DNA of 41,586 bases from Hyphochytrium catenoides (lineage: Eukaryota > Protista > Hyphochytriomycota), in assembly GCA_900088475.1 (NCBI GenBank), contig FLMG01003171.1, positions 1-41,586 of the forward strand, read 5' to 3'. Each line of letters starts with the position of its first letter. Position 1 is the first letter of the stretch. Under the pieces are notes generated by a model. That model was not told the DNA's origin, made no database searches, and was given only the letters and a program-made list of their open reading frames with translations. The position numbers were made by a program, and so were the translations under genes. This document shows, one piece after another, positions 23,971 to 35,754 of this stretch.

Positions 23971-25070
23971 GAGAGAGGCGAAGTACGGGCTTATGACAAA
24001 CTGGCATGATTGAAGGGCTGGATCATCAGGAGAGAGGAGGCGGCAGGAGGGAGTGAGGAGGAGGCAGAGGGGAAGAATCCGATACTGTAGACAGTGCTCC
24101 CTCCTCTGCTGCAGATAGTGTAACGCCTCCTCCAAACCGTAAAGAGACACTCCTGAGACCGTATGCGCGCTTGCATTAGTTATCAAGGGATAAGTGATCC
24201 CAAACGCAATTCCCGATTATCACAAACTGATCCATGGATGATCCTGGCTGAATCAAGCTGAAGGGATTGACAAAGTGCGAGAAGATGGAACCAGAGAGGA
24301 AGAGGAGAACTGCTAGAGAGAGAAAGGAAGGAGAGAGAGAGAGAGAGACAGAGAGAGAGAAGAGAGAGAGACAGAGAGAGAGAGCAAGGCGAGGGAGATT
24401 TGGAAGCCAATCTGAGCCGCAACTCCCTAGCCTAACGCATGTGCAGCCTCGTCTCAGCTCAACTCATGACGCTTGCCGAACGGCCATAGATACCAAGAAC
24501 CTGAAGGTCCAGCACAGCGGTGTGGCTGGGAAGGAAAGAGCGTACTGGGAGAGGTTTGGGAGCGTCGTTCGTTCAGCCTTGCCGCAGGGCTGCACTTCCG
24601 ATTGTTGAAACCTTCCCCAGCTGAGGTCCTCCCACCTACCTCCAACACAGAAGGCAGCGCTCCTGGTCAGATACCAACGACAGGAGGAGGTAGGTCGGGA
24701 TGGTCTCCGCGGAAGTAGTGGTGCTGGGTTGCGGCTCATCCTCCTCAGTCCCTGGCCTAAAATGCCTGCTCCAAGGGAGTGGAAAGTGTAGAGTCTGCCC
24801 GGAAGCTGCGAGCAATCCAGAGTCAAAGAACCGACGAGGTAGAGGACCAACTCTAGTCTTTCGGCCATCTTTCCGTTCACTGTCTTTTACACAATGGTGT
24901 CTATAGTTATGCTTTACTTCCTGACTGGCCTTCTCACGTCCTTAGTTCCACCTGATCTGAGAGGGGTGCTCACTTCGAGACTTCTCTCTTTCTCTGCTTT
25001 TCTTTTCCTTTCTTCCTTCTTCCACTCTTCTCTGTACTCTCTCTCTCTCTCTCTCTCTCTCGCTCTCACC
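21070..25070. repeat. (AG)n/(CT)n microsatellite-rich domain 1
   Basis: AG runs near 21075-21155, 21400-21480, 22790-22830, 23860-23970 and 24315-24385; CT run near 25035-25060. Confidence 0.9.
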
Positions 25071-26072
25071 TGTTGTTCTGTCTCCTCTAACCCCTCTTTT
25101 GCTCTGCGACCGCACACTTTAGGTAACCCGTCACTCCTTCTTCGATTCCCCGACGCCATCAGCGGGGAAGAGCGCAACATCGTAATAGATGCAGGAAAGA
25201 CTTTTAGAGATTCCGTTCTTCGTGTCTTTCCTAAGCTAGGCATCCGTTCTATTCATGGCGTTCTCCTCACTCACGATCATGCGGACGCTGTGCTGGGTAT
25301 TGACGATCTTAGAGACGTCCAGCTGGATCGAAGAGCCTTCGATGAGCATAGCGGAGAGTTCAAGAGGGTTGCGGACGATCCCACGCCGATCTTTTGCTCC
25401 AAGAGCACATTTGTAAAGATGAAGCGTACCTTTGACTACCTCGTGCCAAAGGCGCAGATGCATCTGGATAAGGAAATGGAAGGGGAGACCCCTGGGACCC
25501 CTACATCCCTTTCTAGCTCTGAAGCTTCTCCTAGTTCTTTGGCTCCTGCCCCTGTCTCATCTATGACTGGCCTTAATGGAGATGCTCGGTTAGGCAATAA
25601 TGACGGAGTTTATCGCTGGACAGCCCGACTTGACTGGCACATTCTCTCGTATGGGCCTTTTAGCATAATGGGGCTCCAAGGCACTGCGTTCCCAGTCTAT
25701 CACGGTGGATACTATGAGAGCTTTGGCTTTGAATTTGGAAGCAAGGGCCACAGATTTGTTTATATCTCAGATGTCAGCGCCATCCCGGAAGAGAGCTACG
25801 CGTTCCTGCTGGATACGGAGAGAAGAGGGAGAATAGATCTTCTTTTTCTCGATGCTCTCTTCACAAAGATCAAGCATGGGACGCACTTCAATCTCTCTGA
25901 GAGTTTGGAGGCAATTAGGAGGTTGCAGCCTGTGAAGACCTTCCTCACCGGCATGAGCCATGATTTTGACTATTACACCACGAACGAGGAACTCAAGGCG
26001 TTGAAGGAGGAAGAAGGTATCGATGTGGAGATGGCATATGATGGGTTGAGGATACCTTTTGATCTGGTTTAG
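24700..26072 (+). CDS. Metallo-beta-lactamase-fold hydrolase, PhnP-like eukaryotic subgroup, 2 exons, ~362 aa
   Basis: Exons 24700-24838 and 25123-26072 (phase 1). Motifs LGCGSSSSVP..C..CRVC..SKNRRGNPSLL, IDAGKTF, THDHADA, VYHG, YISDVS, LDAL...THF, GMSH, AYDGLRI. Confidence 0.92.
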
Positions 26073-26113
26073 CTTTGTCCTGAGGGAGAGGATGAGAGGG
26101 GTGTCTCTCACTG

Positions 26114-26157
26114 AAGGTTGGGAAGTGTGGAAAGGTTGGGAAGTGTGGAATGGTTGA
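26114..26157 (+). repeat. 18-bp G-rich tandem repeat (about 2.5 copies) just downstream of the hydrolase stop codon
   Basis: AAGGTTGGGAAGTGTGGA at 26114 and 26132, with a partial copy at 26150. Confidence 0.85.
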
Positions 26158-26616
26158 GGTGAAAGAAGCAAGGGCTAGTCCTGGTTCTAGCCTCATCAGG
26201 GAGACTGAATGGTCACACAATGATTGCTGTGGCAGCTGCTACACTTCCCAGAACGTCACTGCCTAGGTCTCTTTTGCATTTGATGGGAACTGAGCACTTC
26301 CATCAGTGCCAGGAAGTGCTATTAGATGATATTTATCAAAGTGTACAATGGTAGATTACACCGTGCCGCTATATACAAAGAGAGGAAGAAAAGCCGAAAC
26401 GGGAGAGGGGAAAAAGCCGGAAAATCGCCAAAGCAGAGATCGTACAAGTGTAGGGGGTAGGGGCCCTTAGGTAATAACAACAGAGTATGGTACATGGAAA
26501 AGAGAACCTTGGCGTAGACCAGCATAAAGTACGAAATGAGTACAGTCAATCGTGAGTTGGAGCAGCGATAGAGAGAGAGAGTGGAGGGAGACAGGGCGAT
26601 GAAGAAGGGTAGCTAG

Positions 26617-28811
26617 TTACATTGGACAGGGATCCTCTGCCTCCTGTACTGCCAACCGACCCTTTACGTCGAGAGTATCAGCAATCTCCTCCAGCGCCTC
26701 CCAGAAAAGCGGGGGAAGAGGTCTATCATGCCATTCTTGAGGCAGTTCTCCTTGTGCTTCTCCGTACTGATTCCTTCTGAACTCAAACGGAACACTGGCC
26801 GCCACTGCAGCCTCATACACCATTTCCTCGAGCAAAGACGGGCGATCAAGGAGACCGGTGCGTACATAAGAACTGCCAATTTGGTAGAGAGAGAGACCTC
26901 TCCTGGCAAAAGAGACGAGGACTAAAGTACATATCCTCATTGTGCTAATATAAGCTTCAGATAAGCCTAGCTCCCTCAGCTCTTCGGCGTCTTCCCCTGG
27001 CGTAAGCGAGAGAATGTGGCCGACGGATACACGTGAGAGCTGTTCTTTAGTCTGAGGCCAGTCGAGCCAATCGAACCGTGCCTCTGAGAGGCACCACCAC
27101 GCAGGGAGGATACATCCGTGATCGATCGGTGCCTGTATAGAGTAAAGCAGGAGAGATTAGAGCGAGAGGTGGAGGTTAGAGCGAGAGATAGAGGACCTAC
27201 AAGTACAGGTGGAGATCGATAGCGCGAGATGTATGCACGAGCCGGTCGACAGAAGTATACTACCGAATAGTCTATTCCACCCAGTGTCCAAACCGAAGCA
27301 AGAAGGAAGGAAACAATAATCTTCCGGGATTTAGAAGTTTGCAGATCGAAGAGGGAAAGGTGTAGACAGGAGGATTACCAGCTGGAAAGGAGAAGAATCT
27401 CCCACAAGGAGCATGTTCCCGGTATGTCTATCGGTGTTGAAGAGCCTAATGTCCAAAATAGCAACCTTGTGCACCTCAGGCACTGGCACAAATGCAGCCG
27501 CCTTTGCTCTCTCTTCAGGCATCCCAAAGTCTTCTAGCGAGCCCATCCTGCTTTCCACGAAGGATTGGACTGCACCTCTCTTCACTCCTTTACCCTCCGT
27601 CCAGTGTCTGAGATCCTTCACCCTTCTCCATGAATACGTTCGCCCCCCATTGAGTCTGAGGTTTTCTCCTTTGCTAGCGGTCCCCGTTAAAGCTGAAGAT
27701 GTCTCTTTTATACATGGGAGACAAGGTTCTCCTTCCCAGGTCGCTCCTTCCACCTTTCCGTCTTCTGGTACGCTCGATATCTGCGCCAGCGCTGTGGCTG
27801 GAACTCCAGAAAAATGCTGGTATTTTCTATCTAGAAGGTAGGCGATGTACTCCCGTAGGGCTCCGAACCCTTTGGGAATGCCCATCCGCTGGAATCCTTC
27901 CTCCTCGGCAGGCTTGAACATTGCCACTCTTGAGACCGGAGGGAATGTTAAGGAACAAAAACTTAGAACAGACTATCGAGGAGAGAAGGTTGCCCAACGC
28001 AATATCAGCACAAAGAGAGGATGGACGACGTGGTTGCCACAGCAAGCAAGACTACTGGCATATTGCAGAGTGTTAAAAGGCACTCAGGCACACATAAAAG
28101 GCGACATGATAAAGGAAGGATCCTTCACTAGCAGGAAACGAGGAAAGATCCAGGCCACCCGGCCAGGCCAGGGAAGTTCTTGTTTTTTGTGATAGGTACT
28201 CACTTTCTCCCCGAGCTCGTGCTGACAGCGTAGACGCCTCCTAGACCCTCATAACTAACTTTACAAGGCGCCTTTCTAGCCGTGGCTTCGGCGACGTTCA
28301 TCAACAGTTTGGCCCTTCTCATGGACTGATTGTGGAGGCTGTGGCGCAGCTTGAAGGCGTCTGCAAATGCAGTCTAACGGGTTCGAACGTGGGAGGAGAA
28401 TAGAGAAAGGAGACGGACAGTAATGGAAGAGTCTCAGCAACCACTTGACAAGGAGAAAGAGACAAAGCGAAGGGAGGTAAAGGACAAGGAAAGCGTGATC
28501 GAAGAGTTGTAGAAGGAGAAAGAAAGAGAAGAGAGGATGTGAGAACGGAAGTGAAAAAGAGAGCGAGGCGTGAACAAGGGAGCCATAATAGAGATACTCG
28601 AACGGACCTTTCCCTGCTTGGCAAGCACGTGGACATCCAAAAAGAGATCATCCCTAGGAGAATAAGGATGTTGGGCCGGGCTCTCACTTCTTCCCGAGCT
28701 GACTGACTCTGGCGGAGAGAGAGGTGGGCTATCTTCCAAGGAAGGAGAAGTCTCAATCACGATTGGAAGCGCGGTGCTCTTCTTCTTCATTAGTTTGATG
28801 CTTGAGATCAT
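26617..28811 (-). CDS. Type II phosphatidylinositol 4-kinase family protein (plant PI4K-gamma-like), 4 exons, ~479 aa
   Basis: Exons 28811-28608, 28373-28204, 27928-27379, 27132-26617 splice in frame. Motifs EGLGGVY, VAMFKPAEEE, ALREYIAYLLD..FSGVPAT, GAVQSFV, EVHKVAILDIRLFNTDRHTGNML, APIDHGCILP, FDWLDWPQ, PSLLE. Confidence 0.93.
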
Positions 28812-29299
28812 GATTCGCAGCTTCTGATTAACGGGGCCGTATCTGTAAGACTGGTCCTGGGCTATGTCCGTAGGATGTGTTGCTAATAATAGTTGTCTCT
28901 CAAGTCATCAAACCGTAGATGTCAGCTATGGCTGCAGTGACATGGAAGAGACTTGATAGAGGCAGAAGAGCTTGGAAGGTATAGTTATAAGCCCAGGGCG
29001 AAGTAGATTGCAGGTGGGTGAGAGTGAGATCAGAAAGCTCTTCCCACTTGCATCGCCAGCTATAATCTATGCCCAGCAGCCGCACCGGTTTTCCTCTTGA
29101 TGAGCTCTCTCTCTATCTCCCTGTCTTCTCTGCCTTCTGGCTAGTTCCCTTCGGTCTATCTGGAAGCTTCAAAAGTCAAGCTGCTTCTCTCCGCCTGTCT
29201 CATCTCCTGCTGTCCGCTCTCTATTTCTACTGCCCTGACTGACTTTTGCCTCAGTCAAGTTGCCGCGCATCATCCATCACTTCTGCTTCTCATCGGAAT

Positions 29300-29510
29300 C
29301 TGGGGAATCAGCCTTGGGATATAATCACTCGTCACTTGACACTTGACTTCAACTGATTAATCAAGCACCAGGCTTTCTCTATGATAATCACCGGACTATG
29401 AATTGTCAAAATCTCTACCGAATCACAGACACAGTCAAGCATATTTTACAGCATTCTTGCCAGAGAATCGGTACATCGATTAATCAATTACTTGATGATA
29501 AATCAAAGTT
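29300..29510. promoter_or_regulatory. AT-rich region upstream of PI4K with clustered TGATWATCA-like sites
   Basis: TGATTAATCA 29354, TGATAATCA 29382, CGATTAATCA 29477, TGATAAATCA 29496, GATATAATCA 29318. The same TGATAATCA occurs at 16828, upstream of ALDH3. Regulatory role is inferred. Confidence 0.35.
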
Positions 29511-29899
29511 CTGCGAACAGGAGGGTTGAATGTGAGTGCAATGGCTTTTCGCCAAATTGAGGAAACGTCGTCCATCATCAATCCTCGTACCAGGAGGATC
29601 ATCAGCGGCTGCCAGTCCTTCGACGATTGCAGACGCAGCAAGCCACAGAGAACAGCACCACCTGACTGACCGGCTACCCTGCCTAGATGTCTGACCCGGG
29701 CTGCTGTTGCTCTTTCATGCGTCATGCCTTCTCGTTCCGTTCTTCCTCCTGTCGTCCGCTTGTCGCTGGCTTCTTCCTTCTTGATATGATTGAGAAGGAG
29801 AACTAGAAGACGACGAGGGGAGGAGGATGAGGAGCGAGGGACGCTTGCCTCTGCACATAAGTGACTTACAACCCACAGAGGCCGTCAGGCGGGGAGAAA

Positions 29900-30490
29900 G
29901 GGCATATCGAAAAGGTCTTCCATGCTGTCTCGAAACAAGTAATGATGAGTGCTTCCCAACATTGTACTGTTTTTATAGTACCTGTAGAGGGAAAAAGTGT
30001 GACGGTGGTGATGAGGGGTCGAAGAGTGTCATCACATTGAGTCCTCCGACTACCACAGTCAACAGCTGAACCTCCGTGTTGGTGCTGCTTCTCCCATGGC
30101 TGACCACCAGCTGCCAGCTGCTGGAGAACCATAGACTTCAACATAGCTGATCCCCAGGAGGACCACCTGTTAAGGGATGATCGGCTTCACCACAGCTGAA
30201 ACAGACTTCTTCTTTCTCCTCTTGCCTCAAGCTAGTACTGGCGTCCTCCACCTCCTTCCATCTCCCTCTCCTTCACAAACATTATTCTTTTCGTTCCTCG
30301 CAAACAAGGACAATAGCTGTGGCCACAACAACTCTCTTGATTCTCTTTCTCTTTATGTTGTTCTTACGCCTGTGACAAGAGGAGGTTGGACCAGGGATCC
30401 TAGATCAGGGCGCCATTGAAGGTGGTCCATCATCCATTAAGCACAGCTGAAGAAGAGCGAGAAACTCTGTAGTAATATGGGAAGACCTGA
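29900..30490 (-). mobile_element. Degenerate LTR-retrotransposon gag zinc knuckle plus aspartic protease relic
   Basis: CFSCGEADHPLTGGP at 30203-30159 fits CX2CX4HX4C with the last Cys codon TGT changed to GGT. In the same frame 61 codons later (one intervening stop), LLTVVVGGLNVMTLFDPSSPPSHFF resembles the retropepsin xLFDSGAxHSFI motif. Boundaries approximate. Confidence 0.5.
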
Positions 30491-30589
30491 CAGGCTAGTC
30501 GACACGCGAGAAAGGAGGGAGGACATGGAGCTAAAGATGACCAACAAGAGCAAAGCGTCGCCCTTCGTCCTCTCGCCGCGGCCGCATGG

Positions 30590-32125
30590 CTCACGGGATG
30601 AGAGAAGGAAGTCAGGCACTATCCCACCTTTGGTAAAAGCAGTACTAGAAAGACGAGAAAGAGTGGCAAGGAGCCAGCAGCCAGCAAGAGCCAAGGGTTA
30701 CTGTACTATATCTAATGTCAGAGTCTTGGGTGCCCTATCCGTGCCACAGCAGGAAAGAGAAGGGGCTTAGTAGAAGACAAGCCGAGCAGGAAGAAGGGCG
30801 AGCCGATAGCGCAGCCTACAAACAGTAGATCAGGAGTGAGAAGAAGGTGGAGCAGCACAAGCCAACAAGAAAGGCAGCGATCGTTATCCTACTATGCATC
30901 GTCCAACCTAATAGTGGGGTTGGAGAGCTTTGATGGGCGGTCTCCAACAAGCAGGGAACTAGGTAAACGCACTGATTATACATTATATGCTGGGAATAGT
31001 AGGAAAGCTTTCGAAATCGCATGCATGCTGCACCTTCCATCATTAGGCTGCCCCACTGTCTGCCGTCTGTAATCTCATGCCATAACCTGAAGTTCTGTCT
31101 ACCAAGACTGCTCTCTAACAAATGCGTCGTTCTTGACACTAATTACCGGGCTAGCGACTTGGACTACCTGACGTGACTGCGCAGGGAGGCGCTCGTCACC
31201 ACAACATTGTTATCGGAGTCTCCGTCCTCTTGACAGACTGTCGTCTAGCCAGTAGTATTCCTCCGCCGCTGCGTGGCCAGGAGCGGGAATGTTCAAGGGA
31301 TAGCATGAGTGAGGGTATGAGTGGAAGGACCAATGAGGAGAGGACGATGAGCGATAGGCCAGAGAAGGCGTTGTCATTTCTTCTGCTTTGTGACCACCGA
31401 CGTCCAACTTCGATGTTCTGGAAAGATCTAATGAGTAATGAAGCCGGAGATCCCGTTACGCTGCCTTGTACGTTCAAGGAACCCCTGGGGACGTTGGGAG
31501 GAACAGCGGTAAGATTGCTTATCATTCCCCGGACGAATCGAAGAGGCTAGTTGACAAACCCTTGCAGGTGCCCAGAGCAGGAAGGAGGAAGAAAGGCTCG
31601 GGGAAGAGTCACAAAGATTCGATCATCGGGAGGTTACTGGCGTGTTGCTCTCAAGATCTCCTTCGCTGGTTAGTGGCAAGTATAGGAGACAGACCTACTA
31701 GTACTGGCTCTTCCTTCTGCTTTGGGACGAACTAGGTTAGGGAAGAAGAAGAGAGAGAGAAGAGGGAGAGAAGAAAAGAGAGATGAGAGGAAGAAGAGAG
31801 AGAAAGAGAGAGAACAAGAAAAAGAGAAGGAGAGAGAGAGAGAAGGGGAGAGAGAGAGAGAGAGAGAGAGNNNNNNNNNNNNNNNNNNNNNNNNNNNNNN
31901 NNNNGGTGCCCACCCACCCCGCACCATGCATGCAGTAACGGTAGACGTTTTACCCGAAACTAATAAGCTGTGCCTAGACTTCCCGGATGCGAAAGACACA
32001 GCATCAAGATAGACGATTGAGTGGAGAGCTGCAGATAATAGACAGCGATATCTCTGTACTGTTGCTCTCTTGCCGATTTTATACCAGAGGGCAGGTAAAG
32101 GTAGAGAGGCTCAGCCGAAATTAAG
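30590..32125 (+). mobile_element. Highly decayed Ty3/Gypsy-like pol relic (RT - RNase H - integrase order)
   Basis: Colinear partial motifs across frameshifts and stops: KAVLERR...AKGYCTISNVRVLG (RT C-terminal part), MLGIVG...AAPLS (connection), SVLLTD...EREC...FLLLCDHR...KIAYHSP (RNase H), HKDSIIG and PPRTMHAVTVDVLPET, IIDSD, GQVKVERLSR (integrase). Spacings are imperfect and the region spans an N gap. Confidence 0.4.
31871..31904. other. Assembly gap (34 N)
   Basis: N run directly after an (AG)n tract. Confidence 1.
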
Positions 32126-32480
32126 GATGAAATGCATTTCAGGTTAGTGATTCGAAAGGTCAAACGGTAGTGCTCCTCTTATTCTTTATTGCCACAGCTG
32201 ACCCCACCCAGCCCCGAAATCTGCACGGAGCAGCATCGGGGCGCGGCGCTAGCAGTTAGCGTTCAAGGATCAAAAAGGTTCATTGTTCCAGATATAGCTC
32301 TTTTTATGCAGGATCAGTGAAAACTTGATGGTGGGTGGGTGAGCGTGGAAGCTCTTACTACTCGACTGACCCCTCTTCTCCTCTCTCCCTCTCTCTTCCT
32401 TTCTCTCTCTCTCTCTATTTCTCTTGCTTTTTTTTACTATGTTCTCTCTCTCTCTCTGGCTCTCTTATACTCTCTCGTCT

Positions 32481-32514
<34 letters not shown>

Positions 32515-33334
32515 TTTTATCATGTTCTCTCTTTCTCTCTCCTTATCTCGGTTTCTCTTACACTCACTCTCTCTCTCCTCCTACAAACACGCCCACCACT
32601 TCTCTTGCCTTTCAAGTTCTGAGTCGCACCTCCACCGCCTCTCAACAGAAGCTCTGCCTTTCCACTAATCCTTATCTATGGACGTGTCACTGCCGTCGTT
32701 GCCTGTCTCACTTTCCTTTCTTTGTCCCACTCCGGCCTCCCTCCCACCCGCCTCACCTTTAGATCCAGCCTCTTACTGAGCGGCGGCGGCCCTTCCTATC
32801 GCTCTGATTCTAGAGGACGACACGGCAGCGGGAGGGAGATGAAGGAGGAGGACGAGGAGCTAACGAAGCCTAGGCCAAGAGGTCGAAAGGAAAAGATCTC
32901 AGCATTAGAATGAGAGAGAGACCGAAAGGCAGCATGACAAGGCGTTGGATATGGATAAGGAGGAAAGAGGAAGACAGAAGAAATAGATAGGGAGGAAGGC
33001 TAGACAGAGAACAGATCAGATACGTGCTAAGCGTGGACTGACGGAGATAGAGATAGAAAGACCACGAGCAAGAGGTAAGAAGAGTGAGACAGGGCAACGG
33101 CGCCAGGAGAGAGAGGAATTGGGACGTTTGAGCAAGAGAGAGGAGAGAGAGAGTGGTGCGGTGGCTAGAGAGTCAGGGTTGCGAAGAGGTGGAATATAAC
33201 CTAGGGCTTTGTGAAGGACGAAAAGAGACCTTTCGGAGCAACTTCCGTGGCGCTTTTCCCATTCTCTTTTAGTGTCCAAATTTCCCGTCTGCAGGAAAGA
33301 GCTAGCAACTAAGGCGAGACTCTGGAAGGAAGAA

Positions 33335-35370
33335 ATGGCTCAAGCCAACTTGTCCGTCGTGTCTTCATCTCCGCTCCAACCAGGGCAGTCAGCTCAACCG
33401 ATGCTCAAGCCCACGCAGGCATCTCCGCCTCAGGAAGGACACTGTACGAATCGTGATCTATGGATTTCTTCCTCTCTTTCTCTCTCTTGGACCTCCCAGA
33501 CTCTCGTCTTACTAGCTGTCTCGTTTTTAAAGAGCTAGCTCTATCGAGCAGCTTGCCTTGTCAAGTTGCTTTTCTCTGTCTGCTGGCGCCGCGTGCGCTC
33601 AGGTCACTTTCTCGCTCTCTCTCTCCTCTCTCTTCTCTGTGTCCTTGCTCACCATTTTGGTTCTCTGTGCGCGCCGTGTGCTCTTCCTGGAAAATTCTAT
33701 TTAGAAGTCCCACTGTCACTTCTTGCCTCTACAAGTCGCGATGCTTATCTTACTTTCCTTGCTGGCGTAATGACCTCATTCTTCTCTTTCCAAGTCTGTG
33801 CATCGTTCTCTCTCTCCTCTCTTCTTCTATCTCTTTCCATCGTGTCCTTTAACGCTTGTCCACAACCGCCTTTCACTCTCTCTCCCTCTCCGTCTTCCCC
33901 TTCTCCCCCCGGCTCCCTCTTTCTCACGCTCTCTCTCTCTCTCTCTCTCTCACTCTCNNNNNNNNNNNNNNNNNNNNNGCACCGTGGAAGTTGGCCTTCA
34001 AAGTCCGGTTTGTTGAGCCCAAGCTCGGGCTCAAGATGGAGCTTCCCAAGCAGCCAGACACCGGGAACGGAGTCTACTCGATGGCAATCATGCAATTCCT
34101 AAAGGTAACAACTTCTGGGACCCTCTTCTTCTTCTCTCTCACTATCGCTCTCTCTCTTGTTAATCGTTCTTCTTTATACCCGCTGGAGTTCTGCTCTTGG
34201 TGTCCCCTCTGCCACCACAGTGTCCATTGTTGATCTTCTCTGGTCACTGAGCCTCTATTTTCCCTTGGCTCTTCCGCTGTGATCACGCCGTAGGCAAAGG
34301 ATGGTTCTGCTCTCCAAGCGGAGGTCTATAACTCTCACCTTGGGCCCGAGCAACAACGCTTTCTCCTTCGTTCTGGCCTGCGAGTGACTCACATCAACGG
34401 GCACTGGCTGCATGACCTCTCTTTCTCCGTCTCCGTGCAGATATTGAGAGAGGCAGCGGCAAAACCTCCCATCATCGTCCGCTTCATAAGTCCAGAGCAC
34501 GGTTGGCTGACTCCGGAAGAGCTCAGCCGCGCTCTTTCTCTCCGCCCTCAACCCGCCGCGCCATCTCTCTCCCTCTCTCCCCCGCCATCTCTCACCCGGA
34601 TCCCGCCACCAGGAAAGGATGAGAAGAGAAAGAGAGAAATAGATCTTTCGTCTCGCGTGAAGGAGGACGTCAACCCAGAAGCTGTCAGCGATGAAGCGCC
34701 TCAACCATCAGCCATTTCCAGGAGAGAACCGGAGGAGAAGAGGGCCAAGATCGTGAAGGTCAAGGGAGAGAGAAAGAGGGAAGAAAGGGAAGCCAAGAGA
34801 GAGCAAGGAGCAAAGGTTAGATCTTCCTTGTCAGACGGCAAGAAGCGGATGACGAAGGAAAAGAAACAGTTCCGGAGCATCGCTACTCAGACAGACCCTG
34901 AAGCACCCAAGGAAGCTGAAGAGCGTGGATCTCTCTCTCCTCGCTCTCACTCCTCCTCTTCAACCCTCTCTCTCAAGTCAAAATGGGGAGAAGTAGAAGA
35001 TGAAGCTCTTCTCCCGTCTTCTTCTCCTCGCCAAGACGGCCGCCCTGTCCGCTCAGTTGGACCTCTTCTTTCGCCTCTCCGTTCCTCGCTTCCAGTCTCT
35101 CCTTTCCTATCGGCGGAGTCTCTACAGGGACTGCTGGAGAAGCAGCAGCAGGAAAAGTTGAGAGAGAAAGAAGAAGAGAACCAAAGAAAGCAAGAAGGAG
35201 CCAAGAACCAAGAGAAAGCGGAGGAGAAAGAGACCAATAAGTGGTGGGGATCCTCCCGTCTCGGATCCTTTGGCCTCGGTGTCTGCCTGGGAGTAGGGGC
35301 CGCAGCAGCCTGCCTCCTCCTCTTGGGCGGCGCCAAGGGAGGAGGAGGACTTACCCTACGAAAGCACTGA
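33335..35370 (+). CDS. PDZ-domain protein with a disordered linker, TQT motif and C-terminal tail anchor, 3 exons, ~436 aa
   Basis: Exons 33335-33443, ~33980-34104 (acceptor partly in the N gap) and 34294-35370 total 1311 nt in frame. PDZ pattern KVRFVEPKLGLKME...LRSGLRVTHINGHWLHDLSFSVSVQILREAAAKPPIIVRF. RSIATQTD at 34873-34896. C-terminal FGLGVCLGVGAAAACLLLLGG followed by ..TLRKH*. Confidence 0.8.
33958..33978. other. Assembly gap (21 N) at the 3' end of intron 1 of the PDZ gene
   Basis: N run directly after a (CT)n tract. Confidence 1.
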
Positions 35371-35754
35371 GCCAAGAAGAGAGAGAGGCAGAGAGATGCA
35401 GGAGAAAGATGGGCAATGGACGAACAAGGAGAGAGAGAGAGTGTGTGTGTGAGAGAGAGAGTGGAAACAATGGACATAGACCAAGGACCGGACCAGAGCC
35501 CCGCGGAAACCGAGACAAAGAGAGAAACGAGAGAGAAGACTTGAGCAGACACAAAGAGTGTCGTGCACAGGCTCTCTGTGGCTTTCTCTCTCTCTTTCAA
35601 GCCAGCGGGGCAGATCTCAGGTATGCAGGCGGTTGATGAGCTGATGATGTTTTGATATTCCCAAGGCTGTGTGACGTTCTGTAGGTGGTGCTATGTTACT
35701 CTCTCTCTCTCTCTGGCTCAATTCCCTTTTCTTTTCCGTCTTCATCTACTTTCC

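Noticed and set aside
23590-24422. ORFs rich in SLSLSL or RERERE (also at 31.7-33.9 kb and 35.7-37.4 kb)
   Set aside because: Translations of (CT)n/(AG)n microsatellites, which lack stop codons.
24894-25122. Apparent hydrophobic N-terminus on the 392-aa hydrolase ORF
   Set aside because: It is the CT-rich intron 24839-25122; the true first exon (24700-24838) supplies the conserved LGxGxS motif.
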